Positions 63,964 through 64,000 of a stretch of DNA of 64,000 nucleotides are shown in pieces. The stretch's first letter is position 1; every line of letters starts with the position of its first letter. The translations under genes were made by a program, and so were the position numbers. The notes beneath the pieces were generated by a model. The model ran no database searches and was not told the DNA's origin. It saw only the letters and a program-made list of their open reading frames with translations. The stretch covers positions 6,388,001 to 6,452,000 of the forward strand of contig CM075992.1 in NCBI GenBank assembly GCA_038087875.1, in the 5' to 3' direction. The stretch comes from Malacoraja senta. Its lineage: Eukaryota.

Positions 63964-64000
63964 GTGAGTAGTGGGCTGTACGATGAGTGATGCACTTGAA

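Overview
Repeat-dense vertebrate genomic DNA, most likely from a cartilaginous fish such as a skate or ray. This is inferred from HE1/V-SINE-type SINEs sharing a CR1 tail, plus Rex1, L1, L2, Tc1 and Penelope remnants. There are two 200-N assembly gaps. Two host genes are supportable, both on the + strand. (1) An NFIL3/E4BP4-family bZIP gene with an uninterrupted CDS at 22709-23953. Its probable non-coding first exon ends at 9381, below a compact promoter with a full CRE and two RFX X-boxes. (2) The 5' part of a divergent RNF220-like gene, missed by the ORF track, with phase-compatible exons at 60938-61064, 61855-61903 and 63880-63963 and a candidate first coding exon at 51412-51466. The most interesting non-genic signal is an abundant Penelope-derived repeat carrying a minimal hammerhead-ribozyme core (CTGAAGA-A-GGGT-CTCG-ACCC-GAAAC-GTC). 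It occurs in more than 20 recognisable copies on both strands, often as fold-back pairs and often inside the inferred introns of both genes. Other notable structure: a P-element-like MITE with a perfect 8-bp TSD; a four-copy Harbinger-like MITE family; a 3.9-kb tandem duplication in which only one copy carries LINE insertions, all without ordinary TSDs; and two unrelated LINEs joined to the same position of two Tc1 copies. All calls were made by eye, and repeat boundaries are approximate unless a TSD or splice site fixes them.
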